Shown here: positions 33,078 to 45,000 of the stretch, in pieces | Layout of the letters: every line of letters begins with the position of its first letter | Position numbering within the stretch: the stretch's first letter is position 1 | Assembly: GCA_051439605.1 (NCBI GenBank) | Contig: JBFRWN010000017.1 | Location: 96,001 to 160,000 of the forward strand | Source: Synechococcus sp. | Lineage (GTDB): Bacteria > Cyanobacteriota > Cyanobacteriia > Thermostichales > PCC-7336 | Reading direction: 5' to 3' | Length of the DNA: 64,000 nucleotides | The notes under the pieces: model-generated | Databases searched by the model: none | What the model saw: the letters and a program-made list of their open reading frames with translations, nothing else | What the model was told of the DNA's origin: nothing | Made by a program: the position numbers and the translations under genes

Positions 33078-34658
33078 CTAAAGCGTGATGGTATAGGCAT
33101 CGCGAATGCCTGCTTCCTTGCGGATTTCTGCAATCAAGCCCTCGGGCAAAGGATCGTCGAGGCTAAGAATCATAACTGCATCACCACGAACGATTTTCCG
33201 ACCCAGGTGCATACTGGCGATGTTGACGTTGTAGGAACCCAACAGGGAACCAATTTTCCCGATCATGCCAGGCATATCTCGGTGCAACGTCATCAGCATG
33301 TTGTCGGTAGGTGGAACGTTGATGGGGTATTCGTCAATGCTGGTAATGCGCATCTCGGATTCAGCCAGCAAGGTACCCATAATAGAGCGCTTACCATTAC
33401 TGCCGTGGGCAGTGAGATGCAAAGATGCTGTATAGTCGCGAGCAGCGGCATCGCGGGTTTCAACGACGCGAATCCCTCGCTCCTTGGCTTCAATAGATGC
33501 ATTGACGTAGTTGACACGCTCGCGCAATGCTTGAGATAACAACCCTTTCAGCGAACCAACAATAATGGGTTGGGAATCTTTTTCGGCGAGCTCACCCTGT
33601 AGGCGAACATCCAATTGAGTAATGCGATCGCCCGCCAGCTGGGCCACCATATTTCCTAGCTTTTCTGCCATTGCCAGGTAAGGCTGCAGTTCTTGCAAGG
33701 CTTCTGGCATCAAGCCGGGGATATTGACGGCAGAGCGAGCAGGCAAACCTAGCAGTACATCGCGGATTTGTTCGGCGACATCGATAGCAACATTGGCTTG
33801 TGCCTCTTCGGTCGATGCCCCCAAGTGCGGAGTTAGCACTACCTCTTGACCCAGCGTCCAGAGGGGTGATTCTGCCATGGGCTCGCTTTCAAATACGTCT
33901 AAAGCCGCACCTGCAATGTGTCCGGACTTGAGCGCTTCATATAAATCTTGTTCGTTAATCAGACCACCTCGAGCACAGTTAACGATACGGGCCGTAGGCT
34001 TCATTTTTTTGAAGGTTTCGGCATTGAATAGATTGACAGTTTCGGGGGTTTTGGGGATATGGAGGGTGATATAGTCTGATTCTTGAATCAAGGTTTCGAA
34101 ATCGACCAGGCGCGCCCCCAGCTTCTGAGCTCTCTCATCGGACAGATAGGGATCGAAGGCCAGGATTTTCATTCCCATTGCTCTGGCCACTTGAGCAACG
34201 TGGGAACCAATTTTGCCCAAGCCAACAACGCCCAAATTTTTCTTATAAACCTCGACCCCTAAGAACTTCTTGCGCTCCCACTTGCCACTTTGTAACGAGG
34301 CGTTGGCTTGAGGTGTATGGCGAGACAGGCTGAGCATTAACGCCAAAGCATGTTCGGCTGCTGCAATGGTGTTGCCTTCAGGGGAGTTGACGACAACGAC
34401 CCCTGCGCGGGTGGCAGCAGGGATATCGACATTATCAACACCGACACCAGCTCTACCCACAATCTTGAGGTTCGTACCTGCTTCGATCACGTCTTTCGTG
34501 ACTTGAGTGCCCGACCGAATCATGATGGCGTCGTAGTCGGGAATAGCAGCCACTAGCTCGTCGGGGCTGAGCTTGAGCTTGACATCCACCTGAGCAACTT
34601 GCGACAGGATTTCAATACCTGCGGGGTCAATGGAGTCGGTGACTATAACTTTCGGCAT
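33078..34658 (-). CDS. serA: D-3-phosphoglycerate dehydrogenase
   Basis: GRAGVGVDN, GLGKIG, NCARG, TPHLGAST, C-terminal ACT domain. Confidence 0.97.
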   Translation of the reverse strand: MPKVIVTDSIDPAGIEILSQVAQVDVKLKLSPDELVAAIPDYDAIMIRSGTQVTKDVIEAGTNLKIVGRAGVGVDNVDIPAATRAGVVVVNSPEGNTIAAAEHALALMLSLSRHTPQANASLQSGKWERKKFLGVEVYKKNLGVVGLGKIGSHVAQVARAMGMKILAFDPYLSDERAQKLGARLVDFETLIQESDYITLHIPKTPETVNLFNAETFKKMKPTARIVNCARGGLINEQDLYEALKSGHIAGAALDVFESEPMAESPLWTLGQEVVLTPHLGASTEEAQANVAIDVAEQIRDVLLGLPARSAVNIPGLMPEALQELQPYLAMAEKLGNMVAQLAGDRITQLDVRLQGELAEKDSQPIIVGSLKGLLSQALRERVNYVNASIEAKERGIRVVETRDAAARDYTASLHLTAHGSNGKRSIMGTLLAESEMRITSIDEYPINVPPTDNMLMTLHRDMPGMIGKIGSLLGSYNVNIASMHLGRKIVRGDAVMILSLDDPLPEGLIAEIRKEAGIRDAYTITL

Positions 34659-35033
34659 TCTGCTATCTCAAACCTTTGAAATCGTGAAACGGAGGCAGCC
34701 AACTGAGGTTGGGCAGCAGACTGATACTGGCGATCGCGTGGCTTCCGCGCAATGGCCCTGAACTTCTGGTACCAACCGGCAACATAATTTATCACGCAAT
34801 CTGCCTACTACCTCTGAGAATTTAGCCTTTACTTTGCTCCCCGTCTATCTGGTGCAGTTCAGCCCACGGATTGCTGGGGATTGCTTGTTCACTTCTGGGT
34901 AAGAGATGGCTCCCGCAATCCTCAGCACCTTGGCGATCGCTCCATTGCCGATTGCACGGGTACCTTTTTCGGAACTGGTACGTCTCTCAGGCTTTCCAAC
35001 AACTCAATTGAATAACGTCCTCCACCCTACTGG

Positions 35034-35975
35034 TTATTGAGGAGAAATAATCAAATCCACGCGTCGATTTCGCTGTCTACCTTCCTCCGTTTTATTATCA
35101 GCTACCGGAGCCGCCTCGCCATATCCAGCCGTTGTCCAGCGATATCCCTGCCCTTCTTCGGGCAATACCCCCTTCAAAAAGTCTTGTACCGAGGTCGCTC
35201 TTTTCACTGAGAGCACCAGGTTGTATTCCGAATCACCCACGTCATCGGTGTGTCCTGCCACCTGTACATGTGCAAATGGCATTGACTCTAGGATTTCTGC
35301 CACCTGTTCCAACATGCTGGCTGCTTCTGGACGGATGTCAGACTGATTGAAATCAAACAGGACGTCCCCTGGAAGACTGATGGTTTGGGTTCCTAGGCTG
35401 AGTTGTGGGGGAGGCGATCCTTCGAAAAAGAGATTGGGCTCGGGGGTAGGAAATGGGGTCGAGCTTACAACAGGTGGCGGTGGAGAACTCTGCGGTTCAG
35501 TGGGACCTATACCAGGGCTGGATTTCAGTTGTGCCTCTAACTGTTCTAGACGAGTTAGCAGTTGAATCAGTTGGCTGCGAATTTCGCGGATTTCATCTTC
35601 TGGATTGCTGCTGGAAGGGGGTTGAGGGGCACTAGATGCGGGTGTTATGGGTTTAGGAACGACCGGAGACATGGTTGGCGTCGGCGTGGAACGATTGACT
35701 GGACGGTTGGGTGCCGTGCTGGTGGAGTCTGTATTGGCCGAGTCTGCGTCGAAGTCATTCCTGGCTCCATCGGCAGATGTGCTGTCAGATGTTCTAGTTC
35801 CGTTTGGTTCCGACACTGGATCGGGGGAAGCTTGCGCCAACCCATTCTGGGGCAAACCGGTGTGGGAAACAGATGCTGGTGGGGGAAAGGATGATGCTGG
35901 CAGATACCCAGTTAATCCAACTCCTATGCCAGCAATTAAGCCCACAGCTAATAATGCAGATTTTTTCCGCTGCAT
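35034..35975 (-). CDS. OmpA-family peptidoglycan-binding protein
   Basis: Signal anchor, Pro/Ser linker, short coiled coil, LFDF, GHTD, LS.KRA, NRRV. Confidence 0.85.
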   Translation of the reverse strand: MQRKKSALLAVGLIAGIGVGLTGYLPASSFPPPASVSHTGLPQNGLAQASPDPVSEPNGTRTSDSTSADGARNDFDADSANTDSTSTAPNRPVNRSTPTPTMSPVVPKPITPASSAPQPPSSSNPEDEIREIRSQLIQLLTRLEQLEAQLKSSPGIGPTEPQSSPPPPVVSSTPFPTPEPNLFFEGSPPPQLSLGTQTISLPGDVLFDFNQSDIRPEAASMLEQVAEILESMPFAHVQVAGHTDDVGDSEYNLVLSVKRATSVQDFLKGVLPEEGQGYRWTTAGYGEAAPVADNKTEEGRQRNRRVDLIISPQ

Positions 35976-36056
35976 CAAAATGCTATCCCCTACGACTGAC
36001 CCTCAACTCGCACCCATACTAGCTAGCGGTGCCCACAAAAAAAGAGAAGATCTGGC

Positions 36057-36851
36057 TTAAAAGAGTTCGGTGGTGCGCATTGCCGTCAGTTTGCTGACAG
36101 AGGTTAAAACAATATCGGCCCCCCGATCGCCCATCATGGCCACGTGTTCTGCCTGTCTGGCAGGTTCTTTCCACAGATGGGGGGGGACGACACCGACAGC
36201 TTTCCATCGGCGCTCGAGTTGCTGTTGTTTAGCAGCGGCCAGCGCTTGCATATCGCTGGAGGTATCTCCACAGTAGACAATTCCAGCCAAGTTCAGGCCC
36301 GCCCGCTGCTCGAGCTGCTCTACCACCCGAAACAACCCAGTTGGATCGGGCTTTTCCGGTCCATCCTCCATGGCGTACAGGATAGGGTCTTGTAACTGCA
36401 GCCGTCGGGTAAGGATGTAATGGGCGGACCCTCGCGTAGCTCCGCTAAAAAAGCCCCAGTGGATACCCGCGGCGGTTAATTCCTCGAAGTATCTGGGGGA
36501 AACGAGTAGAGGTTCGTCGTTAATGTAGCCATCCCAGGCATCGGGATTATCCCCCCGTCCGCGGTAGCGACTTTGAAAAAACGCCACCATTTCTTCAAAG
36601 TTGAGCGGGAGAGAGGCGCGATCGCCCTTTGCTTTCTCCCATGTCCGCGCAATGAACTCCCGCGATCCTTCCCAATCGTTATTCCACACTCCTTCCCGTT
36701 TCAATTCGTCAATTTCGAAGTTCGATGGCCGCCAAGGATTTGACAGCAAGCGCCCAGTATATTCCTCTACAGTGTCAGCGAGGGCCCGTCGATAGGAATT
36801 GCCGACATCGCGAATGACGCCATCAATATCGAAGACAACTGCATAGCTCAT
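36057..36851 (-). CDS. HAD-type hydrolase (TIGR01548 family)
   Basis: FDIDGVIRDV..SYRRA, WNNDW, KPDP, GDT. Confidence 0.88.
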   Translation of the reverse strand: MSYAVVFDIDGVIRDVGNSYRRALADTVEEYTGRLLSNPWRPSNFEIDELKREGVWNNDWEGSREFIARTWEKAKGDRASLPLNFEEMVAFFQSRYRGRGDNPDAWDGYINDEPLLVSPRYFEELTAAGIHWGFFSGATRGSAHYILTRRLQLQDPILYAMEDGPEKPDPTGLFRVVEQLEQRAGLNLAGIVYCGDTSSDMQALAAAKQQQLERRWKAVGVVPPHLWKEPARQAEHVAMMGDRGADIVLTSVSKLTAMRTTELF

Positions 36852-36900
36852 AGTGCTGCGGTAACCTCTATTAACCAGGGTACGAGAAATTTATAGGGAC

Positions 36901-36928
36901 AAAAAAGCTCCCCCTATTTGAGGGGAGC
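36901..36928 (-). terminator. Intrinsic terminator of tkt
   Basis: A6 followed by GCTCCCC-loop-GGGGAGC. Confidence 0.7.
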
Positions 36929-36982
36929 GATCGAATCTACTCACTTAAAGGCTTGTCAAGTCACAGGCAGCTAAGCTTGCGA

Positions 36983-38977
36983 CTAAACCAGCAGACCGCG
37001 GGCGGTATTGCAGATGTTTTCGACGGTAAAGCCGAACTTCTCCATGCAGACAGGGCCGGGGGCTGAAGCACCAAAACGATCCATACCGATAACCGCACCT
37101 TCGGTACCAGCGTACTTGTACCAGCCGCCAGTTACACCCGCTTCGATAGTGACACGCTTGGTAACAGAGGGAGGCAGGATGGAATCGCGGTATTCCTTGG
37201 GCTGAGCGTCGAAAACGTCGCAGGAGGGCATGGACACCACTCGCACTGCCTTGCCTTCGCTACCCAGGACTCCAGCCGCCTCAACTGCGAGGGCCACTTC
37301 GGAACCAGTGGCAATCAGAATCAGTTCGGGGTTTGCAGCATCCACAACGGTGTAGCCACCCTTCTGGGTGCCTTCCACAGAGGTACCTTCCAGGTTCTTC
37401 AGACCCTGGCGGGAGAAGGCGAACAAAGAAGGAGTTTTGGTTTGCTTAATCGCAGACTTGTAAGCACCAACAGTTTCTTTTACGTCAGCAGGACGGAAGC
37501 AGTGCAGGTTGGGAATTAAACGTAAAGACGCTATCGTCTCAACGGGCTGGTGGGTAGGACCGTCTTCACCCAAAGCCACAGAATCGTGAGTCATGACGTA
37601 AAGAACGCGGACTTCAGACAAAGCAGAGAGGCGAATGGCCGCACGCATGTAGTCGGTGAAAATCAAAAAGGTAGCGCAGTAGGGGAGCAGTCCGCCGTGC
37701 AGGACCATACCGTTGACCACGGCACCCATGCCGTGCTCGCGCACGCCAAAGTGAAAGTTACGACCTTCATAGGAACCGGGCTCGAAGTAGGGCTCGTTCT
37801 TGATCTCAGTCATGTTGGAGTGATTCAGGTCAGCGGACCCCCCCACCAATTCAGGCAATGCTGGAGACAGAGCGTTGAGGGCAAATCCGGATAGTTTACG
37901 GGTGGAGTTTTCCTGGTCCAGGATGGTCTCTAACGCTTCTTCCCAACCGTCGGGCAACTCGCCAGACAGCATGCGCTTGTACTCGGCAGCCTCAGCAGGA
38001 TAAGCCTTTTCGTAGGCGGCAAAGCGCTCGTTCCAGTCCGCTTCCAGTTTGGTGCCATCGTCCACAGCGGTGCGGAAGTGAGCCAAAACATCTTCAGGGA
38101 TGTGGAATGAGGGTTCGGTGGGGAATCCGAGAGCTTCCTTGGTCAGGGCAATCTCGTCTGCACCAAGGGGGGCGCCGTGTACGCCGCAGGTGCCGGACAT
38201 GTTGGGGGAGCCGTAACCAATGGTGGTGGTAATGACGATAAAGGAGGGCTTATCAGTCACAGACTTGGCTTCAGCGATCGCCTTTTCAATGGCGTCAAGG
38301 TCGGTGTCGCCATCTTCAACGTAGGTGACGTGCCAGCCGTAAGCTTCGTAGCGCTTGCCCACATCCTCGGTGAAGGCAATATCGGTACTGCCCTCAATGG
38401 AGATGCTGTTGCTGTCGTACAGCACGATTAGCTTGCCGAGGCCCAAGTGACCGGCCATGGAAGCGGCTTCACCAGAGACACCTTCCATGTTGCATCCGTC
38501 GCCCGCAATCACGTAGGTGTAGTGGTCGACAATGTTGTGGCCAGGCTTGTTGAAGCGAGCCGCCAGATGAGCTTCGGCGATCGCCAAACCAACGCCATTA
38601 CCTACGCCCTGACCCAAGGGACCTGTCGTCACTTCTACGCCGGGGGTTTCAAAATTTTCGGGGTGACCAGGGGTCTTACTGCCCCACTGGCGGAAGTTCT
38701 TAAGGTCATCCAGAGAGACATCGTAGCCGGTTAGGTGCAGCAGGGCGTACTGCAGCATGCAACCATGACCTGCAGACAGAACAAAGCGATCGCGGTTGGA
38801 CCAGTCAGGGTTCTTGGGGTTGAACCTCATGAATTTCTTGTGGAGCACGTAGGCCATGGGAGCCGCACCCATGGGCAGACCGGGGTGCCCCGAGTTAGCT
38901 TTTTGAACGGCATCAACCGCCAAAAAACGAATGGAATTAACTGCAAGTTCTTGCAGGGATTGTGTAGCTACTGTCAT
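36983..38977 (-). CDS. tkt: Transketolase
   Basis: [33 protein letters not shown]. Confidence 0.98.
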   Translation of the reverse strand: MTVATQSLQELAVNSIRFLAVDAVQKANSGHPGLPMGAAPMAYVLHKKFMRFNPKNPDWSNRDRFVLSAGHGCMLQYALLHLTGYDVSLDDLKNFRQWGSKTPGHPENFETPGVEVTTGPLGQGVGNGVGLAIAEAHLAARFNKPGHNIVDHYTYVIAGDGCNMEGVSGEAASMAGHLGLGKLIVLYDSNSISIEGSTDIAFTEDVGKRYEAYGWHVTYVEDGDTDLDAIEKAIAEAKSVTDKPSFIVITTTIGYGSPNMSGTCGVHGAPLGADEIALTKEALGFPTEPSFHIPEDVLAHFRTAVDDGTKLEADWNERFAAYEKAYPAEAAEYKRMLSGELPDGWEEALETILDQENSTRKLSGFALNALSPALPELVGGSADLNHSNMTEIKNEPYFEPGSYEGRNFHFGVREHGMGAVVNGMVLHGGLLPYCATFLIFTDYMRAAIRLSALSEVRVLYVMTHDSVALGEDGPTHQPVETIASLRLIPNLHCFRPADVKETVGAYKSAIKQTKTPSLFAFSRQGLKNLEGTSVEGTQKGGYTVVDAANPELILIATGSEVALAVEAAGVLGSEGKAVRVVSMPSCDVFDAQPKEYRDSILPPSVTKRVTIEAGVTGGWYKYAGTEGAVIGMDRFGASAPGPVCMEKFGFTVENICNTARGLLV

Positions 38978-39779
38978 GAGCGATCTCTCAGTCCGTAATT
39001 AACAGTCTGTTATGGAGGGGGGTGCGACCTCAGGTGTGCGTCTGAAGGTACAGCGGGCGAGGGATTTGCTCCGGTGAGGAGCAGGGGTCGGTAGGGAAGA
39101 TTATCCGCCAGGGAATTTTCCCAGAGTTGAGATATGTCAATGGAGGCAAAGCTCTCGGGAACTATCTCACGAAGCTATCTTGCGGGTGCAGATAGATGCC
39201 ATTTGCCTAATGAACAAACAGCTACAGTGTACGGTGAATCATCGTTTAGTCACTGACGTTTTTTGATTTAGCTCCATCCTGCCGCTCGGCTTGCAGAGCT
39301 GTTCGACCTGCTTTAGTGGAGGACTCAAGATTTTTCGAATCTAAATCCCATGATTCTCTATATCGAGAACCCTGCCTAATTAGGGCAGTTGCGGGAGGAG
39401 CCAGCAGAAGTATTTTTTCCTACCTTCAGCGAATTGTTAGCGCTGTACTCGAGGTTACCGATCTGCATATTTTCGTAAACGCCTCTGCATTTTCACATTT
39501 ACTTTGGCTTTGAGGCAAGGCAGCGGGAGTATTTTTACCTAGTTCCCAGGCTAGATTTCAGTGCAAGTGCATCGATCTCATGTATTTCTGTAGTGACAAA
39601 CAGTTCAGGTGAGGATGTTTTTCAAGACTTTTTGCCGGTAGAGAGTCAAGGATGGCGACCATGAGGCTATCTCAGCTGTCCAGCCCCCTTACTAGGCATG
39701 GTTCTGTCTTTTCTAACTGAGACAGAGCAAAAGCTATAAGCTATTAGGCTAGCGATCGCACAATTGTGTGAGGGTATCT

Positions 39780-40670
39780 ATGGTGCATTCAGTGCGTAAA
39801 GCAATTATCCCCACGGCTGGTCGGGGAACCCGGCTGAGACCGGTCACTGAAGCCGTACCGAAAGAAATGCTGCCGATTGGGGCGGTGCCGATGGTGCATC
39901 GGGCGATCGCTGAATTAGTCCGAGGCAAAGTGGACCAGATTGCGATCGTGGTCAACTCAAGCAAGCTTGTAATTCGAGAGTACCTGCAGGCACATCTGCA
40001 GCACTTAGACTGTCAGATTCACTATCTGGTGCAGGATCATCCTCGGGGGGTGGCAGACGCCATCCTACTGGCGGATGACTTTCTGGCAGATGAACCCTTT
40101 GTGTTTTTTATGCCTGATGAGGTGTGTTTGTGTCCGATGTCTCCTATTGCCTTGTTGGGGACAAACTACGACCGATATCAACAGGCGTTGTTGGCGTTGA
40201 CCTGGATTCCCCCCGAATGGGTGAAATTTTTTCAGGGGACGGGGAGAATCGCTACCGAACCACTGGCTCGGGACACATTGTTTATGTCAGAGGGTTTGGA
40301 GAAATCAGATGGATTTGAGAAGGAGGGCATGCAGCAACCTGGATTGGCGGGGGATGTATTTCGGATTACGCAACTCAAGGATAAGACTCAAGATTGCTTT
40401 TCAACCTCCGATCGAGGCCAATTGAAAGGTGTGGGCATTGGGATTTTGGATGGGGAATTTTTAGAGCTGGCTCGACAGCACCAGCAGCACTTTGACGGGG
40501 AGGGGGAGTTTGATGATGTACCGATTTGGCAGGAACTCGTTCAGCGCGATCGCCTGTTGGGGGTGATGACAAATGGGGCGATCGTGGATGCAGGCAATCC
40601 GCTGGGATTTGGACTAGCGAATCGCTACTGGCTCGAAACTGCAAGGCATTTCGAGCATCCATACTCTTAA
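39780..40670 (+). CDS. GalU-like sugar-phosphate nucleotidyltransferase
   Basis: KAIIPTAGRGTRL.P.T..VPKEMLPI, Q..PRG.ADA, DAGNP; divergent C-terminal half. Confidence 0.75.
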   Translation: MVHSVRKAIIPTAGRGTRLRPVTEAVPKEMLPIGAVPMVHRAIAELVRGKVDQIAIVVNSSKLVIREYLQAHLQHLDCQIHYLVQDHPRGVADAILLADDFLADEPFVFFMPDEVCLCPMSPIALLGTNYDRYQQALLALTWIPPEWVKFFQGTGRIATEPLARDTLFMSEGLEKSDGFEKEGMQQPGLAGDVFRITQLKDKTQDCFSTSDRGQLKGVGIGILDGEFLELARQHQQHFDGEGEFDDVPIWQELVQRDRLLGVMTNGAIVDAGNPLGFGLANRYWLETARHFEHPYS

Positions 40671-40753
40671 TTCAGGCAGAAGAGGTCTTTTCCTGCTCGG
40701 TTTAGGGCGATCGTTCTGGTGCCAGATGAACGGAGGAAAGTCCTTGACCGGAG

Positions 40754-41179
40754 CTAGAGAGCGGCCTCATTCTCCACCACCGCATCCACCTCAATCTCAA
40801 TCGTCATGTCTGGGTTAACTAGCCCCTGAATCTCGACCATTGTTGATGCTGGCGGACAATCGCCAAATATTGCGTTGTGCCCGCGGGCATAATCCTCCCA
40901 CCTTTGCATATCCGTCACAAACATGCGCGTACGCACAACATTGTTCCGATCCGCCCCAAATTGACCAAGAGTCTGCTCGATAATCTCCAGACAGCGTTTG
41001 GTTTGGGCAAAGGCATCATGGGGCGCAAAGGTCCCACCGCCTTCAGTTGCGGGTGCAGTTCCTGACACGTAAATGTGATTTCCTGCCTTTACGGCCCGGC
41101 AGTAGCCCACTTGCACTTCCCAAGTTGTTCCGCTCGAATATCTTTCCACGCCTGCACCGCAATCGTTTGGTAAACCCAA
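40754..41179 (-). CDS. RidA/YjgF family protein
   Basis: SSGTTWE..VGYCRAV, VSGT, VVRTRMFV, PASTMV, IEIEVDA. Start uncertain. Confidence 0.88.
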   Translation of the reverse strand: MGLPNDCGAGVERYSSGTTWEVQVGYCRAVKAGNHIYVSGTAPATEGGGTFAPHDAFAQTKRCLEIIEQTLGQFGADRNNVVRTRMFVTDMQRWEDYARGHNAIFGDCPPASTMVEIQGLVNPDMTIEIEVDAVVENEAAL

Positions 41180-41293
41180 CCTACCTTCACACCTCCCAAA
41201 ATGGTGGTGTCCAAGCTGGAAAAGTTATGGAAGAAATGGCTGCTATCCTACAACCCCTCTTAACGTTTTGACAGGCCCTATTCCAGTAGCATT

Positions 41294-41446
41294 ATGACCC
41301 CGGTTCTTTTTTTAGCCCCTGTAGCCATCGGTATCGTATTGATGAAATTTGTGAGCCCTCAAGTCGGGTTGCTGACTTGCGCGGCCCTCCTGGTTGCAGC
41401 GTCCATCTACGCACTAGCCAGTTTTAAGGGGGAATTACCTAGCTAA
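41294..41446 (+). CDS. Putative 50-aa two-helix membrane protein
   Basis: MTPVLFLAPVAIGIVLMKFVSPQVGLLTCAALLVAASIYALASFKGELPS; below the ORF-track cutoff. Confidence 0.45.
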   Translation: MTPVLFLAPVAIGIVLMKFVSPQVGLLTCAALLVAASIYALASFKGELPS

Positions 41447-41591
41447 GATGGGCATTTCCTGAGATGCGAATGAAAGAACCTTCTCAATACTCTTCATCCC
41501 CTTAACTCTCTTAACAAGCCTTCTCTCAGAGCAGTTTCGTTAACTCGGAAGTGTCAGGAAAACACGTTCCGAAACAACGGAGGTTACTCTG

Positions 41592-41813
41592 ATGAAACTG
41601 AAAAAAATTGCCTTAGCTGCGACACTCCTACTGTCCACCGTTGGAACTTTGACTGTTGATGCTCACCGTGTTGAAGCAACTCCTCGTATCTTATTGGTGT
41701 TAGCAAAGCTAGAAGCACGTGGCACTAGTTCTGAAAATGGTGCGGTGCGACCCGAGGTGGATGAGGCGCTAAAATTGGATACCTGCCCCAATCGGGCAAC
41801 TTTTTGCTCCTAG
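41592..41813 (+). CDS. Small secreted hypothetical protein (73 aa)
   Basis: GGAGG RBS at 41579-41583; signal peptide MKLKKIALAATLLLSTVG...; C-terminal CPNRATFC. Confidence 0.65.
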   Translation: MKLKKIALAATLLLSTVGTLTVDAHRVEATPRILLVLAKLEARGTSSENGAVRPEVDEALKLDTCPNRATFCS

Positions 41814-42090
41814 CAAATGATGACTTCCTGTAGCAGTCCTAAAAGCACGCTCATCCCCTTGCTATCTGCTTGAAACCTAAATTATCCCCCTTAGGTATTC
41901 TGTTACCGTTCGTTCCCTAGCCTTATAGCTTCTCCCTTAGAACTAAAGTTAGGGATTGTTGTGGTCAGCGACCGATCCATGCAAAGAAGTCAGAGCAGAC
42001 AGCGTAGCCGATTAGGCAAGAATATCGATATCCATCTGGAGCATTTTGCCTAAACAATAGGAATAATCGTGATTTAGATTACTTTTCACC

Positions 42091-45000
42091 TTGGTTCAGC
42101 ACTTCCTCAGCCGTCAGGCGCAACAGCGAGCTGGATTAGCTCGCTATTACGACTGCGTTCGTACCACCATCCTCGATCGCCAGCACCCCATTTCTGGCCT
42201 GTTACCGGCGAGTACTGCGATTACTGAACATGGAGACTATACCGATGCTTGGGTGAGGGACAACGTTTACAGCATCCTGGCGGTTTGGGGGCTCGCCCTC
42301 GCCTATCGCAAAGTGGACGATGGCGATGGCCGTACGTACGAGCTCGAGCAAAGTGTTGTCAAGTTAATGCGCGGCTTGTTGATGGCCATGATGCGGCAGG
42401 CGGACAAGGTGGAGCGATTTAAGCACACCCAGGATCCCCTCAATGCGCTGCATGCCAAATATGACACTGCCACCGGCGTGGTTGTCGTAGGGGATACAGA
42501 ATGGGGGCATCTACAAGTCGATGCGACGTCACTGTTCCTACTCATGCTGGCCCAGATGACTGTATCGGGGTTGCGAGTTATTTTCACACTGGATGAGGTG
42601 AACTTTGTTCAAAATCTGGTGTTTTACATCAGCAAGGCCTATCAAACGCCCGACTACGGAATTTGGGAGCGGGGGAACAAGATCAATCACGGCACCGCAG
42701 AGCTAAACGCTAGCTCGGTGGGGATGGCTAAAGCGGCGATGGAGGCGATTCACGGCTGCAATTTATTCGGTACTGAGGGTGGCCAAGCATCCGTGATTCA
42801 CGTGCTTTCCCACGATGTTGCGCGGGCGCGGGCCACGCTAGAGTCTCTATTACCTCGGGAATCTAGCTCGAAAGAAGTCGATGCTGCGGTGTTAAGCATT
42901 ATTGGATATCCAGCCTACGCGATCGAAAACGAGGCTTTAGCCGACCTAACTCGGGAAACGATTCGGGAAAAACTGGAGGGACCCTACGGTTGCAAGCGCT
43001 TTTTACGGGACGGTCATCAAACGGCGATTGAAGATAACCGACGCTTGCATTACGAACCAGAAGAGCTAAAGCAGTTCCAGCATATTGAATGCGAATGGCC
43101 GCTGTTTTTCACCTACTCGGTGCTGGATGGCTTGTGCAGAGGCGATCGCGAGCAAGTGGAACGGTATCGCCAAAAACTACAGTCTTTACTAGTGCAGCGG
43201 GATGGCCAGCAATTACTGCCCGAACTGTACGTGGTCCCCCCTGGCGGGATTCCTGACGAGCGGGCGCAACCGGGGAGCCAGCAGCGCTATCCCAATGCCA
43301 ATCTGCCTCTAGTATGGGCCCAGAGTCTTTACTATTTGGGGGAAATGGTGGCCGAGGGGCTGTTGACAGTGGAAGACATCGATCCGCTGGGGCGGCGGTA
43401 CTGCTTGGGGCGACATGCGGTTCCCGTCGTGCAAGTTGCCCTGATGGCTGAGAATGCTGCGCTGCAATCAGAATTATTAGCTTTCGGCATCGAAACTGAA
43501 ACCCAGGCAGAAATTGCTCCCGTACAGATATACGGCGCCGATCAATTGACGGCGGCCTATGCTCAGGTGGGTCGCAACGATAGCCTCGGACTGACTGGGT
43601 GCCCTCCCCAGCGCATGCGCAGTTTGGCTACTTCCAGAATCTACCGCCTGCGCGATCGCCTGGTGGTATTTCTGCCTGCGTTTTTGGACGTCAACCAGTT
43701 TTATTTGACGATTGACTATCACTTCTTGGTGTCAGAAATTCGTGGAGAGCTAGCCTACCTGCAATCCCATTGGCAGCTGCCAGGGCGGCCGACAATGGTA
43801 CTGTTACTCACCCGCACCATGCTCGCCTCCAGTAGTTCGGCTCTATTGGATCTGATGCGAGAGCTGCAAGAGGGACGGTGCGGTACCACGATTGTCAAAC
43901 TGGGAAAATTGCGGGAATTGCTGCGCACTGCTTGCACGGAGAGGATTGACTTTTTACATGGGTTTGAACCCTCGCGCAAAATTGTGTTGGGAGATCGGGT
44001 GATGCCTGCTTATTTGCGCTTTGACCCGGGGGCTACTGACCTCCTCAACAGCAGTCGCGAGCTGTTGTTGGAGTGCGAAACCGATCTGATTTCGCTGCTA
44101 CACATTTTGCGCCAATCCGGCAATATTTACGAGCAAGCGGAGGTGCTAGCCACCCTGCACAAGTTGCAAGGGCTAAACTACGACACCCTCTTGGGGCGAC
44201 ATGAGGGCCTGGATGTGACCGTTAGGGACCTACTGGATGAGGTGTACGACCGAGCGGTAGTGATGCAGGAATGGTCGGTAGTGCGTCGAGCAGCCGGTCT
44301 ATTACAGAAGGTAGACATTGGCTTGGCAGATGCCGTCACAGATATTTTGGTCCGCCAGAAGGTGGTGGCGGTAGGCAAATCCTATACGGATGAATCAACT
44401 ATCTTTAAACCGTTAGCTCAAGAGCAAATCGTCCACAAAATTCTCAAGTTTTGTAGTGAGGACGTGCGGGAACACGTGCTCACCCAAGAAATTTTGATTT
44501 TCCTCAGCGTGCTGATTCGCTCGAATCCAGGGCTATTTGATAACTTAATGACTCTGCGGGTGAGTAATCTCATTCTGATGATTTCCGGGGAAATTGCGCG
44601 CGAGCTATCGCTCGAACAGGATGCTGCCTACGAAACCTTGATGGGGCTGAGTCCCTTTGAGATCAAGACAAGATTGCAGGCGGTTTTGCAGGAATACGGT
44701 CAGTTCGATCGCGTAGTGGAACAGCAGGAATCGCTGCATGTCAGCGCGGACAATCCCGATTTGCAAGATGTGGAAGTTCCGGATGCCCAGGTACCAGAAC
44801 CAGAGGGGGGATGGTTGCGCCAGCGCAAACTGGAGGGGAGCATCAACCGAGTAACCTCAGACTTTTATCAGCGGGTGTGGAACATCATGCAGCGTTGCCG
44901 GGGGCTGACGATTGGTGACAAGCTAGAACGACGAAACCGTCTGGATAGCCGCACCTTGCTCTCTGAAATGACTCCGGGTGAGAAAAACTTTGCCTTGGCG

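Noticed and set aside
39380..39480. CCCGCAACTG on the minus strand, like a cobalamin riboswitch core
   Set aside because: The upstream GGGAA/GGTG-AA-TCC elements and B12 box are missing, and no B12-related gene is downstream.
41592..41813. Possible PatS/PatX-like peptide
   Set aside because: Has RGTSS, not the RGSGR motif.
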